Assembly (NCBI GenBank): GCA_029262375.1
Contig: JAJCZM010000053.1
Location: forward strand, 29,400 to 93,399
Length of the DNA stretch: 64,000 bases
Reading direction: 5' to 3'
DNA from: Deltaproteobacteria bacterium
GTDB lineage: Bacteria; Desulfobacterota; Binatia; UBA1149; SPBQ01
Part shown: one piece after another, positions 44,420 to 53,957 of the stretch
How the letters are laid out: each line of letters begins with the position of its first letter
Position numbering within the stretch: the first letter of the stretch is position 1
The notes under the pieces: model-generated
Seen by the model: the letters and a program-made list of their open reading frames with translations, nothing else
The model's database searches: none
What the model was told of the DNA's origin: nothing
Program-made: the position numbers and the translations under genes

Positions 44420-45045
44420 GAAGGATGACACGGGTGACATCGATGGAGACAGTATTGCGGAAATCGCCGGCCGCGGTGGTGGCCGGACGGGCTGCGCGAC
44501 TTACCTGTAGCGCGAGCAAAGCATGCATCCCGTGCATTTCGGCCGTGGCGCTCGTGCTCTCATTGGCGATGGTGCTTGCCGGCTGCAAAGGCGCTGCCGG
44601 GCCTCGAATCGGAGAGGTCGTGCCCGATTTTGTGTTGCCTCGGCTCGACGGCAAGGTGCTGAAGCTGTCGAATTATCGCGGCAAGATCGTGATGCTCAAC
44701 CTTTGGGCGACGTGGTGTCCGCCGTGTATCGCCGAGATGCCGCTTCTGAACACGATCGCTGAGCGCTATGGCCCTAAAGGGCTCAGCGTCGTCGGGATCG
44801 CCGGCGACGAGAATGCCGATGACGTCCGTTCCTTTGTGCAGGAAACCCCGCTGCAGTTCGACGTTCTCCTTGACCCCCACGGAGCAGTTGGTACAGAGTA
44901 TGGAATAACCGGTTATCCGGAGACGTTCCTGATTGATCGCGAGGGCAAGCTGCTCGTGAAGTTCATCGGGCCGCTTCCGCATCCCGGTGGCCAACCGACG
45001 CCCGAACTGGTGGACGTGATAGACCGCGCACTCGGTTCGATGTGA
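44416..45045 (+). CDS. TlpA-family thiol:disulfide oxidoreductase lipoprotein
   Basis: Lipobox LAGC. Thioredoxin motif LNLWATWCPPCIAEMP. The start is uncertain; there are several in-frame Met codons. Confidence 0.85.
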   Translation: MRRMTRVTSMETVLRKSPAAVVAGRAARLTCSASKACIPCISAVALVLSLAMVLAGCKGAAGPRIGEVVPDFVLPRLDGKVLKLSNYRGKIVMLNLWATWCPPCIAEMPLLNTIAERYGPKGLSVVGIAGDENADDVRSFVQETPLQFDVLLDPHGAVGTEYGITGYPETFLIDREGKLLVKFIGPLPHPGGQPTPELVDVIDRALGSM

Positions 45046-45111
45046 CGGGAGCGTTTTTGGCCGCAGTTGTCGTGTGGTGAGAGGGGCAGCAAGTAGCTGC
45101 CGGTAGCCGGA

Positions 45112-45810
45112 TTGATTCGCCTATATAAGGTAACGAAGCGTCTCGGTGAACATAAGTTCGCCCTGCGCGACGTTACGCTCAACGTAGCGCCCGGCGAGTT
45201 CGTGCTCGTGACCGGCCCCACCGGGTCGGGCAAATCCACCCTTCTCAAAGTGCTGTTCGGAGACGAGGACTTCGCGAGTGGTCGCGGGATAGTCAACGGG
45301 CGCAATCTCAATCGCCTCGATGGCCCCGGGCTCGCTTCGTTGCGCCGGGAATTGGGCCTGGTGTTCCAGGATTCTCGGTTGATCGATCGTCTTCCGATCG
45401 TCGATAACGTCTCATTGGCGGCCGAAGTCGCAGGCGTACCTCGCCCCGAAGCGCGCGCGCGGGCGCGGCGCTTACTCGAAACGATCGGCCTCGGCGACCA
45501 TGCAGAAGTCTCGCCATTGGTGTTGTCGGCCGGAGAACGACAGCGCGTCAGTCTGGCTCGCGCGCTCGTCAACAATCCGGCGCTTCTCTTGGCCGACGAG
45601 CCTACCGGTAGTCTCGACCCGGACGCCAGCAACGAAATCCTCGACCTGCTCGTCGAGGTGAACCGCGGCGGTACGACGGTGGTCATCGCGACCCACGACC
45701 AAGAGGCTCTGTCTCTACTGCGCTGCCGCACTCTGTTCATGTACGAAGGCCGCTTGATCGAGGAGGATCAATCGGGATTCGACGACACGCGTATCGTGGC
45801 GGATCTGTGA
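45112..45810 (+). CDS. ftsE: Cell division ATP-binding protein FtsE
   Basis: TTG start. Walker A GPTGSGKST, signature LSAGERQRVSLARAL, Walker B LLLADEPTGSLD. It is followed directly by ftsX. Confidence 0.9.
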   Translation: MIRLYKVTKRLGEHKFALRDVTLNVAPGEFVLVTGPTGSGKSTLLKVLFGDEDFASGRGIVNGRNLNRLDGPGLASLRRELGLVFQDSRLIDRLPIVDNVSLAAEVAGVPRPEARARARRLLETIGLGDHAEVSPLVLSAGERQRVSLARALVNNPALLLADEPTGSLDPDASNEILDLLVEVNRGGTTVVIATHDQEALSLLRCRTLFMYEGRLIEEDQSGFDDTRIVADL

Positions 45811-46718
45811 ATCGTAGACCTGCACACGGCCAGCCCCTCGCCTACTACCTCCGCCGCGCGGTGGACAGCATTCTCGCCACCCCCGTCATCGCCGGTGTTA
45901 CCATCACGAGCATCGCGGTTAGCGTGTTGCTTGCCGGGGCTGTACTGCTCGTCGGCTCGAATGCGTATCGATTGATCGCGAGTTGGGGTGCGGCTGGCGT
46001 CGACGTTTCGATCTACCTGAACCCGGGCGTGGATGAAGCGCGGATCGTCGAGCTCAAGAACGAACTCGGCGCCGATCCGGCGGTCATCGAGGTCAGCTAC
46101 TTCTCGCAAGACGAAGCATGGCAGCTGCTCGCCGACAATCTCGGCGACAGTGCCGAACTTCTCGACGGACTCGATGCATCCGTGTTGCCTGCTTCGTTCG
46201 AAGTTGCGCTCGGTCGATCGATCGAAGACGCGAAACTGTTCGAGATGCTCGCGATTTGGCAAGAAATCGCCGAGGTCGATGACGTTCAATACAACCGGCA
46301 ATGGATCGACCGTCTGCGCAACGCGATGGGGATCGTGCGCTGGGTTGCGTGGGCTCTCGGTGCGTTGGCACTGATCGTCTCGGCGATCATTGTCGGAGCG
46401 ACTTTTCAGCTGGCGGCGTTCTCCCGTCGTGAAGAAATGGAAGTTCTCCGTCTGGTGGGCGCGGTGGGTGCCGTTTATTGGGGGCCCGTGCTGCTCGCCG
46501 GACTAATCGAAGGAGTGATCGGATCCGCCGCAGCGATCGGATTGCTCGTAATGATCTATCAGATCACTGCCGCGCCCATCGCGACCGAACTGCCCATGCT
46601 GCAAGGTACGCTCGATTTTCTCACCGTAGGGCAGTGCGGCACGCTCATCTTGTGGGGCGCGGGCCTCGGCGTTGCGGGCAGTTGGCTTGGCATGCAGCGG
46701 TTCGGGTCATGGCGATAG
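45807..46718 (+). CDS. ftsX: Cell division permease-like protein FtsX
   Basis: The GTG start overlaps the ftsE stop. It has a 4-TM layout with a periplasmic loop (VSYFSQDEAWQLL) and a C-terminal FtsX-type TM bundle. Confidence 0.85.
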   Translation: MNRRPAHGQPLAYYLRRAVDSILATPVIAGVTITSIAVSVLLAGAVLLVGSNAYRLIASWGAAGVDVSIYLNPGVDEARIVELKNELGADPAVIEVSYFSQDEAWQLLADNLGDSAELLDGLDASVLPASFEVALGRSIEDAKLFEMLAIWQEIAEVDDVQYNRQWIDRLRNAMGIVRWVAWALGALALIVSAIIVGATFQLAAFSRREEMEVLRLVGAVGAVYWGPVLLAGLIEGVIGSAAAIGLLVMIYQITAAPIATELPMLQGTLDFLTVGQCGTLILWGAGLGVAGSWLGMQRFGSWR

Positions 46719-47980
46719 CGCGGATTTGTTCGGCACGCTCCGTTTTCGCAGTACTTCCTGTAGTAGGCAGGTTCGTCGCGTTCTTCGCGCTAGGCACGCT
46801 CGGCATGCTCAGCCCGCTCGGCTTGCCCTCGGCTGTGGCGCAGGATTCGGCGGAGCCTGAAGCACCGGCGGTCGAGGAACAGCTCAGCGAGATTCGTGCC
46901 GGGTTGGCGAAGCACGAGCGAATCGCCAACGAAGGCGAAGAGAAGGCCGGCAAACTTCTCGAAGAGATCAGCAAAATCGACACGCGTATGTTGTCGTCGG
47001 CTCGTCGACTCGATTCGCTTCAAGGCGAGGAGGCGCAGTTGACGGAAGACTATCGCCTGCGCGTACGCAACCTCGAGCGTTTCGAGCAGGAGCGCGCCGA
47101 TGCCGAGGCACTTCTCGAGAAGCGTCTCACCAGCATTTACAAGCGAGGACGACTCGGAAGTAGCCGCGCACTTGCGCAGGCGGCGACGTCGACACAGCCG
47201 CTGCGCATGGCGCGGTATCTCGCCGCCATCAGTCAAGCTGACAAGCGCGCCTTCAAAGCCTTCGAGGACGCGCGGCACCGCTACACCGAAGAACTTGCGA
47301 CAGTAGAAGCGCAACGCGACAGCGCAGTCGAGAAGAAGAAGTTGCTTGCCGTCGAAAAGAAACGCTACGAGGGCGCGCGTCGTGCCAAGACGTCGCTGTT
47401 GACCAGCATTGAAAAGGACATTGCGGCGAGTAGGGTCGAGCGTGAGCGACTCGTTGCCATCGAAGAGGAGCTGCAACGCATCATCGTCGCGAGTTCTCGA
47501 GAGCCCGAGCCTGTCGAGCCGGAGGATTCTCGTTCGCTGGTGTCGCGCATTTTTCGACCGCGACGCGAGACCAAACCCTTCGATTCGCTCAAGGGAGAAC
47601 TACAGGCGCCGATCAAAGGCTCGCTGCTCGCCCTGTACGGTCAGCAGCAGGACGACGGCGGCCCGCGCAGTAAGGGCCTGGTCGTCAAAGCGGCCGGCGA
47701 TCGCCAGGTGGCCACCGTTGGCGAGGGCGAGGTCGTGTTTTCGGGGCCGTTCCCAGGGTTGGGTAACACGCTGATCATCAACCACGGGGGGCGATTCCAC
47801 AGCATCTATGCGCATCTTGGTTCGATTCACCACGAGGTCGGCGAAAAGGTCGCTCAGTACGAGATTCTCGGATCGTTGGCTCCCAACGATCCGACACTTC
47901 ACTTCGAGATTCGGGCCGAAGGCAAAGCCATCGATCCGGAGCCGTGGTTCACCGGTGGATATAGCGCGTTCAAACGGTGA
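46709..47980 (+). CDS. envC: Murein hydrolase activator EnvC-like (coiled coil + M23/LytM domain)
   Basis: Internal ATG with signal peptide. A long coiled coil is followed by the C-terminal LIINHGGRFHSIYAHLGS...LHFEIRAEGKAIDP. Its position after ftsEX supports the call. Confidence 0.8.
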   Translation: MAIARICSARSVFAVLPVVGRFVAFFALGTLGMLSPLGLPSAVAQDSAEPEAPAVEEQLSEIRAGLAKHERIANEGEEKAGKLLEEISKIDTRMLSSARRLDSLQGEEAQLTEDYRLRVRNLERFEQERADAEALLEKRLTSIYKRGRLGSSRALAQAATSTQPLRMARYLAAISQADKRAFKAFEDARHRYTEELATVEAQRDSAVEKKKLLAVEKKRYEGARRAKTSLLTSIEKDIAASRVERERLVAIEEELQRIIVASSREPEPVEPEDSRSLVSRIFRPRRETKPFDSLKGELQAPIKGSLLALYGQQQDDGGPRSKGLVVKAAGDRQVATVGEGEVVFSGPFPGLGNTLIINHGGRFHSIYAHLGSIHHEVGEKVAQYEILGSLAPNDPTLHFEIRAEGKAIDPEPWFTGGYSAFKR

Positions 47981-48081
47981 CGCGCCGCGCACGCAGCCGG
48001 CCGGTCAGCCAGATGGATGGGAGGCGTCTGCGCAAATCTCTGATTGTCGGCCCGCATTGTGTTCGGTATACTCAAAGGGTT

Positions 48082-49422
48082 ATGGGTTCTGACAAACGGC
48101 CGGTAAGAAAGACCTTTTTCGTGGCAATGGGCGTTCTGTCTCTGGGGACGTTCCTGACTCTCGCGCCGGCAGCGCGCAGTACTGCTGCCGCAGCACGCGA
48201 TGCGTACGCCAGTCTCGACACGTTCGCCAACATCATTCACATGGTGCAGCGGCATTACGTCGATGATGTGACGACCGAAGATCTGATCCAAGGCGCCATC
48301 GACGGGATGATCTCGTCGCTCGATCCGCACAGTGCCTATCTGACGCCGGAGCTCTATCGTGAGCTTCAGGTCGATACGCGTGGTTCGTTTGGCGGTCTCG
48401 GTATCGAGATCACGATTCGCGACGAGGTACTGACGATCATCACGCCTCTTGAAGATACGCCGGCGGATCGCGCGGGTGTGAAGCCGGGCGATCAGATCAT
48501 CAAGATTGGCGACAAGCTCACCAAGGGCATGAATCTCATGGAGGCCGTCTCCTTGATGCGCGGCCCGAAGGGGACACCGGTGGTACTCACGCTACGCCGC
48601 GACGGCGCGCGCGAGTTGATCGACGCGGAGATCACGCGAGAAATCATCAAAGTTAAGAGCGTCAAAGACGCAAAGGTTTATCAGGAAAAGTATGGCTACG
48701 TGCGTGTCACGCAGTTCCAGGAAGGAACGTCGCGCGAACTGGCCGCTGCTATCGAGAAGCTCGAGAAGGAAGTCGGGCGTGAGCAGCTGGAAGGTCTGAT
48801 CCTCGATCTGCGACTCAATCCGGGCGGACTTCTCAACGAGGCCGTGAAGGTCTCCGATTTGTTCCTCGACGCCGGGCTGATCGTATACACCGAAGGCCGC
48901 GTTGAGACTCAAAAGCAGAGATTTTTGGCCCAGAACGACGGCGACGAAGGCGATCGCGCCATGGTCGTGCTGGTCGATGAGGGGTCGGCGAGTGCGTCCG
49001 AGATCGTGGCCGGTGCACTGCAGGACCACCGCCGGGCGGTCATCGTCGGCAGCAGGACCTTTGGTAAAGGGTCGGTGCAGACGATCTTGCCGCTCGATCG
49101 AGACTCGGCGCTGCGTCTGACGACCGCGAAGTACTTCACGCCGGCCGGGCGCTCGATCCAAGCCATTGGCATCGAGCCCGACGTGACCGTCGATAAGAAC
49201 GTGCGCGTCGCGAAGGCGGACGAGCGATTCCAGGTTCGCGAGGAAGATCTCGCAGGGCATCTCGAGAACGAAGCGACCGTCACCGACGCCGACGGGATCG
49301 GTGTTGATCCGCAGCTGGAGCGCGCTCTCGATCTACTCAAGACCTGGCAGGTATTCTCGCGATTCCATGATCGCGGTGCGGGAATCCGGGCGCTTCAGCA
49401 GAGCGCTTCGGCAGGTGAGTAG
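48082..49422 (+). CDS. ctpA: Carboxy-terminal processing protease (S41)
   Basis: PDZ domain (GGLGIEITIRDEVLTIITPLEDTPADRAGVKPGDQIIKI). Catalytic region VVLVDEGSASASEIVAGALQD...GSRTFGKGSVQT. Confidence 0.9.
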   Translation: MGSDKRPVRKTFFVAMGVLSLGTFLTLAPAARSTAAAARDAYASLDTFANIIHMVQRHYVDDVTTEDLIQGAIDGMISSLDPHSAYLTPELYRELQVDTRGSFGGLGIEITIRDEVLTIITPLEDTPADRAGVKPGDQIIKIGDKLTKGMNLMEAVSLMRGPKGTPVVLTLRRDGARELIDAEITREIIKVKSVKDAKVYQEKYGYVRVTQFQEGTSRELAAAIEKLEKEVGREQLEGLILDLRLNPGGLLNEAVKVSDLFLDAGLIVYTEGRVETQKQRFLAQNDGDEGDRAMVVLVDEGSASASEIVAGALQDHRRAVIVGSRTFGKGSVQTILPLDRDSALRLTTAKYFTPAGRSIQAIGIEPDVTVDKNVRVAKADERFQVREEDLAGHLENEATVTDADGIGVDPQLERALDLLKTWQVFSRFHDRGAGIRALQQSASAGE

Positions 49423-50806
49423 AGACGACAGTCTCAGCTTTGAATTCGACGGTCGCGATGAGCAGGAGCCTCCGCGCGAAGAGGTGCCCCTGGGCGTCTC
49501 AGAACTCGTCGGCCTGATTTCGGACACGCTCGAAGGAGCGTTCTCTCAAGTGCTCGTGCTCGGCGAACTGTCGAGCTTCAAGCAGGCCCCGAGCGGGCAT
49601 TGCTACTTCACACTTTCTGACGATAGCGCGTCTATCGACTGTGCCATGTGGCGCAACGACGCGCGCCGCCTGGCGTTCAAGCCCAAGGCCGGCGACGAGG
49701 TCGTCTGCAAAGGCCGCGTCAGCGTGTACGCGAATCAAGGCCGCATGCAGCTCTACGCTGTTGCGCTAAAACCCGTCGGAGCCGGAGCCGCGCAACGGGC
49801 GCTCGAAGAACTGAAACGCAGACTCACGGCGGAAGGCCTGTTCGATGCCGATCGTAAGCGCGATCTGCCGTATCTTCCCCGAACCATCGGCGTCGTAACC
49901 TCGCGTACAGGTGCTGCGGTGCACGATATCCTGACCACTGTTCGGCGCCGATTCAGCCGGTGTCACGTCGTTCTCAGTCCCGCTGTCGTGCAAGGAGCCG
50001 ACGCGCCTCGGGAGATCGTGCGCGCCCTTTCGCTGCTACAGACCTTCGGTGGTTGCGATGTCGTCATCATCGGGCGTGGCGGCGGTGCAGTTGAAGATCT
50101 CGCCGCGTTCAACGATGAGTCGGTCGTACGCGCGGTGGCGGCCTTCCCGGTACCGATCGTTTCCGCGGTCGGCCACGAAGTGGACTACAGTCTTTGCGAT
50201 CTTGCGGCCGATCATCGTGCGGCCACCCCCACTGCCGCCGCCGAATCGGTCGTGCCGGTGCTCGCCGATCTGGTTGAGGAGCTCGGAGCACTCGATCTGC
50301 GGCTGCGCTCATCCGCTGTGCGGTATGTCGAAAACATGCGGCATCGGATCGATAGCCGCGCGGGCCGCCTCAAGGACCCTGCAAAATCGGTCGCCGAGTC
50401 CCGTCAGCGTGTCGACGAACTGGCGATGCGCCTCGAAAGGGGCCTCGTTGCGCGCCATCGGCTCGCGACCAGGAGGCTGGCGGACGCGAGCGGCCGATTG
50501 CACCAGTTGGGTAGTGAATACGTCGAAAATTTAGGTGCCTCACTGGAAGCGCTCGACAAACGCATGCACCATGCATTGGAGCAGAAGCGTCGAAACGCAG
50601 TGACGTCGTTTGCTGAGTTGCGCTCGAAGCTCGATGCGTTGAGTCCGCTGGCGGTGCTCGACCGCGGCTATAGTCTGACGACGAAGTCCGACGGTCGCAT
50701 GGTCCGCAGCGCGAATGAGCTCGAGAACGATGAGACGGTCGAGCTTCGTTTCCGCCAAGGCGGCGCGACGGCACGGATCATATCAACGGGGAACGGAGAC
50801 ACATGA
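49367..50806 (+). CDS. xseA: Exodeoxyribonuclease VII large subunit
   Basis: OB-fold region VLGELSSFKQAPSGHCYFTLSD..SIDCAMW, PRTIGVVTSRTGAAVHDIL, GRGGGAVEDLAAFNDE, and a C-terminal coiled coil. An alternative GTG start lies at 49415. Confidence 0.9.
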   Translation: MIAVRESGRFSRALRQVSRDDSLSFEFDGRDEQEPPREEVPLGVSELVGLISDTLEGAFSQVLVLGELSSFKQAPSGHCYFTLSDDSASIDCAMWRNDARRLAFKPKAGDEVVCKGRVSVYANQGRMQLYAVALKPVGAGAAQRALEELKRRLTAEGLFDADRKRDLPYLPRTIGVVTSRTGAAVHDILTTVRRRFSRCHVVLSPAVVQGADAPREIVRALSLLQTFGGCDVVIIGRGGGAVEDLAAFNDESVVRAVAAFPVPIVSAVGHEVDYSLCDLAADHRAATPTAAAESVVPVLADLVEELGALDLRLRSSAVRYVENMRHRIDSRAGRLKDPAKSVAESRQRVDELAMRLERGLVARHRLATRRLADASGRLHQLGSEYVENLGASLEALDKRMHHALEQKRRNAVTSFAELRSKLDALSPLAVLDRGYSLTTKSDGRMVRSANELENDETVELRFRQGGATARIISTGNGDT

Positions 50807-51657
50807 AATCAGTCCTAGCGGCGAGCGTAGCGCTCGCAAGCATTCTCTTTGTTGCGCCGCAGTCGGCCGAAACCCAAGAGTACGAGTTTTTCTTCAACCG
50901 CGAGGTCATCCGCCAGGGCGACATCGTGCAGGTCTCGACGAGACTGCCGTTCCGCGCCAAGACCGGCACCGCCAAGTTCAGCGACGCCACCTACAACGGC
51001 TATGTGACAGGCGGCCTGTTCAACGTCTTGGTCGGTATCGACATGGATACCGAACCCGGCGAGCACGAAATCGTCTACACCTTCGATACGGGTGAGTCGC
51101 GCGAATTCATGCTGACGATCGAGAGCCGCGATTTTGGCAAAGAATCACTCAAAGTTGCGTCGAAATATACAGACCTCGATGAGAAGACGCAGGAGCGTGT
51201 TGCCGACGAGAAGAAGCTACTCGATGCACTCTGGACGACGTCGAGTCCGAACCGGCTCTGGAAAGGTGCGTTTCTCAAACCTGCGATCGGCGGTCTGGGG
51301 TCTCCGTTCGGACTGCGTCGCTTCTTCAACGATCAGCCTCGTAGCCCGCATTCCGGTCTCGACTTGAAAGCGCCTGCCGGCAGCGAAGTCTACGCTTCCA
51401 ATTTCGGCAAAGTGATGGTTGCCGCCGATCTGTTTTTCACCGGCAATACTGTCGTGATTGATCACGGGCACGCGGTCTACACCATCTACGCCCATCTCTC
51501 GAAGATGAATGTGAGCGAGGGCGACGATGTGGAGCGTGCTCAAGTCGTCGGGCTCGTCGGAGCGACCGGAAGAGTGACGGGGCCGCACCTTCATTGGGGC
51601 GTGAAGGTCAATGGCGCGCGTGTCGATCCCAGCACGCTTCCGGGTGCGCGGCTGTGA
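50803..51657 (+). CDS. M23 family metallopeptidase
   Basis: Signal peptide, then HSGLDLKAPAGSEVYA, VVIDHGHAVYTIYAHLS, GATGRVTGPHLHWGV. Confidence 0.88.
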   Translation: MKSVLAASVALASILFVAPQSAETQEYEFFFNREVIRQGDIVQVSTRLPFRAKTGTAKFSDATYNGYVTGGLFNVLVGIDMDTEPGEHEIVYTFDTGESREFMLTIESRDFGKESLKVASKYTDLDEKTQERVADEKKLLDALWTTSSPNRLWKGAFLKPAIGGLGSPFGLRRFFNDQPRSPHSGLDLKAPAGSEVYASNFGKVMVAADLFFTGNTVVIDHGHAVYTIYAHLSKMNVSEGDDVERAQVVGLVGATGRVTGPHLHWGVKVNGARVDPSTLPGARL

Positions 51658-51665
51658 GCTGAGCC

Positions 51666-52742
51666 TTGGGATACCCGATACTCGAGCTCGAGCGTCGTGC
51701 AGACCCCGACGGGGAATGGATCTCCTACGGCGTACGCATGATGCTCGATTTGGCCGGGCTCAAGATATCCCTAGAAGATTGGCAGAAGCTGCCGCGCTCG
51801 AAGCGCGATGAGCTGACCGCAACGCGCGCAGAGACGGACGGCGAGTTGCGCGCGTTCGTTGAAAAGCTCGAACGTGCGCTCGTCGATTCGGGTGTCGCGG
51901 CGCGGCCGCTTTCGCAGGCGAAGCAGGCCGAGGTTGCTTTCTGGCGCGTTGCTACCGAGCCGAATCCGGATGCAGTCGCCGTTCTCAACGAACTCAATGC
52001 TGACCCGATCTGGCCGCAGCTCGATCGCTTCGCGCGCTATCTCGTATGCTCCTTCTCACGCAAACGAGACATCGAGCGGGCGCGAAGCGCACTTGAAGAA
52101 CTTGGATATCTACCGACAGGCAGCGCTGTGGTGCGCATCGACGGAATCGTGTTGGCCGGAGGCCTCTCGACGCGTTTCGGCCGCGACAAACGAACCGTAG
52201 AGTTTGCCGGGGAAGAACTGGTGGCGAGTGCGTGTCGGCGCATGTCGGCGGCAGTGGACGGTCGGGTCGTCACCGTCACTGGAGAGCGCGAAGAGCACTT
52301 GCCAGGCACCGAAGTCGGAATCGTGTGTGCCGATGACGAGCCCGGTCGAGGGCCTCTCGGCGGATTGGCAACGGGACTGGCACGTACACGCTTCGGGGCC
52401 GTCGTCATGGCCGTCGACACACCGATGGTTAGCGTAGAGACGTTGGCCCGCTTGGCCGCTATCGGGCGCGCCAAAGGGCACCCGGCGGCGCTCAAGACGG
52501 GCAGTCGGTGGGAGCCATTGGTCGCATTCTATCCGCGCTCGGTTTTGAACGACGTTCGCGCTGCGCTAAGTGAGGGCAGATCCGCACCGCATCGATTGCT
52601 CGACGATTGGCGCACGATCGCCGTCGAGCCGACGCACGGCGACGAGGTTTCGAACATCAACACGCCGACGGATCTTGGTCGAACGCTCGAGCGAGCGGCC
52701 GGCCGTTCGGACAAGCGAGCGACCAAGAAGGAAACGCTATGA
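51666..52742 (+). CDS. mobA: Fusion: nitrate-reductase-associated-protein-like N-domain + molybdenum cofactor guanylyltransferase MobA
   Basis: The N-terminal 150 aa or so (YGVRMMLDLAGLKISLEDWQKLPRSKRDEL) match my memory of the nitrate reductase associated protein family pattern (R-KLD--GIKLSL--W--L----R--L). The C-terminal part has GIVLAGGLSTRFGRDK, DDEPGRGPLGG and AVDTPM of MobA. TTG start. Confidence 0.7.
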   Translation: MGYPILELERRADPDGEWISYGVRMMLDLAGLKISLEDWQKLPRSKRDELTATRAETDGELRAFVEKLERALVDSGVAARPLSQAKQAEVAFWRVATEPNPDAVAVLNELNADPIWPQLDRFARYLVCSFSRKRDIERARSALEELGYLPTGSAVVRIDGIVLAGGLSTRFGRDKRTVEFAGEELVASACRRMSAAVDGRVVTVTGEREEHLPGTEVGIVCADDEPGRGPLGGLATGLARTRFGAVVMAVDTPMVSVETLARLAAIGRAKGHPAALKTGSRWEPLVAFYPRSVLNDVRAALSEGRSAPHRLLDDWRTIAVEPTHGDEVSNINTPTDLGRTLERAAGRSDKRATKKETL

Positions 52743-53032
52743 GCGCGAAGGCCACCGGCAAATCGAAGGGAAGTAAGGGAACGGGCGCAGCAGAGGGCGC
52801 GGGCGATGAACTGAAATTCGAGGACGCGATGTCGCAGCTCGAAGAAGTCGTTCGAAAGCTCGAAGGCGGCGATGTCCCGCTCGAGGAGTCTCTCGCCGCG
52901 TTTGAGAAAGGTGTCGCTCTCGTGCGTACGTTGCATACACGGCTCGACGGCGTGCAAGAGAAGATCGAGCAGCTTACGGCGGGCAGTCGCGGCGAGCCGT
53001 TGCTCGAGCCGCTAGCCGTAGACGATGACTAA
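52739..53032 (+). CDS. xseB: Exodeoxyribonuclease VII small subunit
   Basis: FEDAMSQLEEVVRKLEGGDVPLEESLAAFEKGVALVRTLHTRL. The ATG overlaps the upstream stop (ATGA). Confidence 0.88.
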   Translation: MSAKATGKSKGSKGTGAAEGAGDELKFEDAMSQLEEVVRKLEGGDVPLEESLAAFEKGVALVRTLHTRLDGVQEKIEQLTAGSRGEPLLEPLAVDDD

Positions 53033-53954
53033 GCAGGTCGATACCGACGGCAAACTCGCCGAGTTCACCCAACTCGTCGAACGTGCTCTTGACGGCGCGT
53101 TGCCGGCGCGAGCCGACTCGACGGACTGCGACTTCGGGCGCGAGCGCCTTCTCGATGCGATGGCGTATAGCTTGCATACGCCCGGCAAGCGCATTCGTCC
53201 GCTTCTCCTATTGTGCGCCGCCGATGCAGTGGGAGCCGACGCCACGGCCTTTGCTCGCTTCGCCTGCGGCGTTGAAATGATCCACGCCTATTCTCTCGTC
53301 CACGATGATCTCCCCGCGATGGACGACGACGACCTACGTCGAGGGCAACCAACGAATCACGTCGTTTATGGCGAAGGGATGGCTATTCTCGCCGGCGACG
53401 GTTTACTGACGCACGCGGCCGTCGTCATGATGGAGCCCGTCGCACAGGCGGCCTCGTCATCTCAGATGACCGTCGCGCGCGAGATCATGATTGCCGCCGG
53501 TTGTGATGGGATGGTCGGCGGACAGGCGGCCGATCTCATGGCGGAGGGACGCGAACCTCAGCTCGACTTGCTGGCCGGAATTCATCGTCGCAAGACGGGC
53601 GCGCTCATATGGGCTGCCGTGCGCGGCGGGGCGTTGCTTGGCGGAGCGAACGAGAAGGATTCGCGAGCGCTCGACGCGTTCGGGCGCCGTTACGGTCTCG
53701 CGTTTCAGATAGCCGACGACGTGAAAGACGAAGTTGCGCCGACGGAAGTGAGCGGCAAGAGGCCCGGCGGCGATCGAGAGGCCGGCAAGATGACGTATCC
53801 GAGTTTGCTCGGGGTAGACGAGTCGATCGCGCGCTGTCGCACCGAGTTGGCTGCAGCGATTGCGGAGCTCGATGTCCTGGGAGATCGCGCGGATGCGCTT
53901 GTCGCGCTAGCCGCCGATTCCATTGCGCCGGCGCTTGCGGGTCGTGGGAGCTGA
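53025..53954 (+). CDS. ispA: Polyprenyl (farnesyl/geranylgeranyl) diphosphate synthase
   Basis: FARM motif LVHDDLPAMDDDDLRRGQPTNH and SARM motif FQIADDVKD. It shows the canonical xseB-ispA linkage. Confidence 0.9.
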   Translation: MTKQVDTDGKLAEFTQLVERALDGALPARADSTDCDFGRERLLDAMAYSLHTPGKRIRPLLLLCAADAVGADATAFARFACGVEMIHAYSLVHDDLPAMDDDDLRRGQPTNHVVYGEGMAILAGDGLLTHAAVVMMEPVAQAASSSQMTVAREIMIAAGCDGMVGGQAADLMAEGREPQLDLLAGIHRRKTGALIWAAVRGGALLGGANEKDSRALDAFGRRYGLAFQIADDVKDEVAPTEVSGKRPGGDREAGKMTYPSLLGVDESIARCRTELAAAIAELDVLGDRADALVALAADSIAPALAGRGS

Positions 53955-53957
53955 GCA

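Noticed and set aside
44913-45740. 275-aa minus-strand ORF
   Set aside because: It is antisense to ftsE and the end of the TlpA-like gene.
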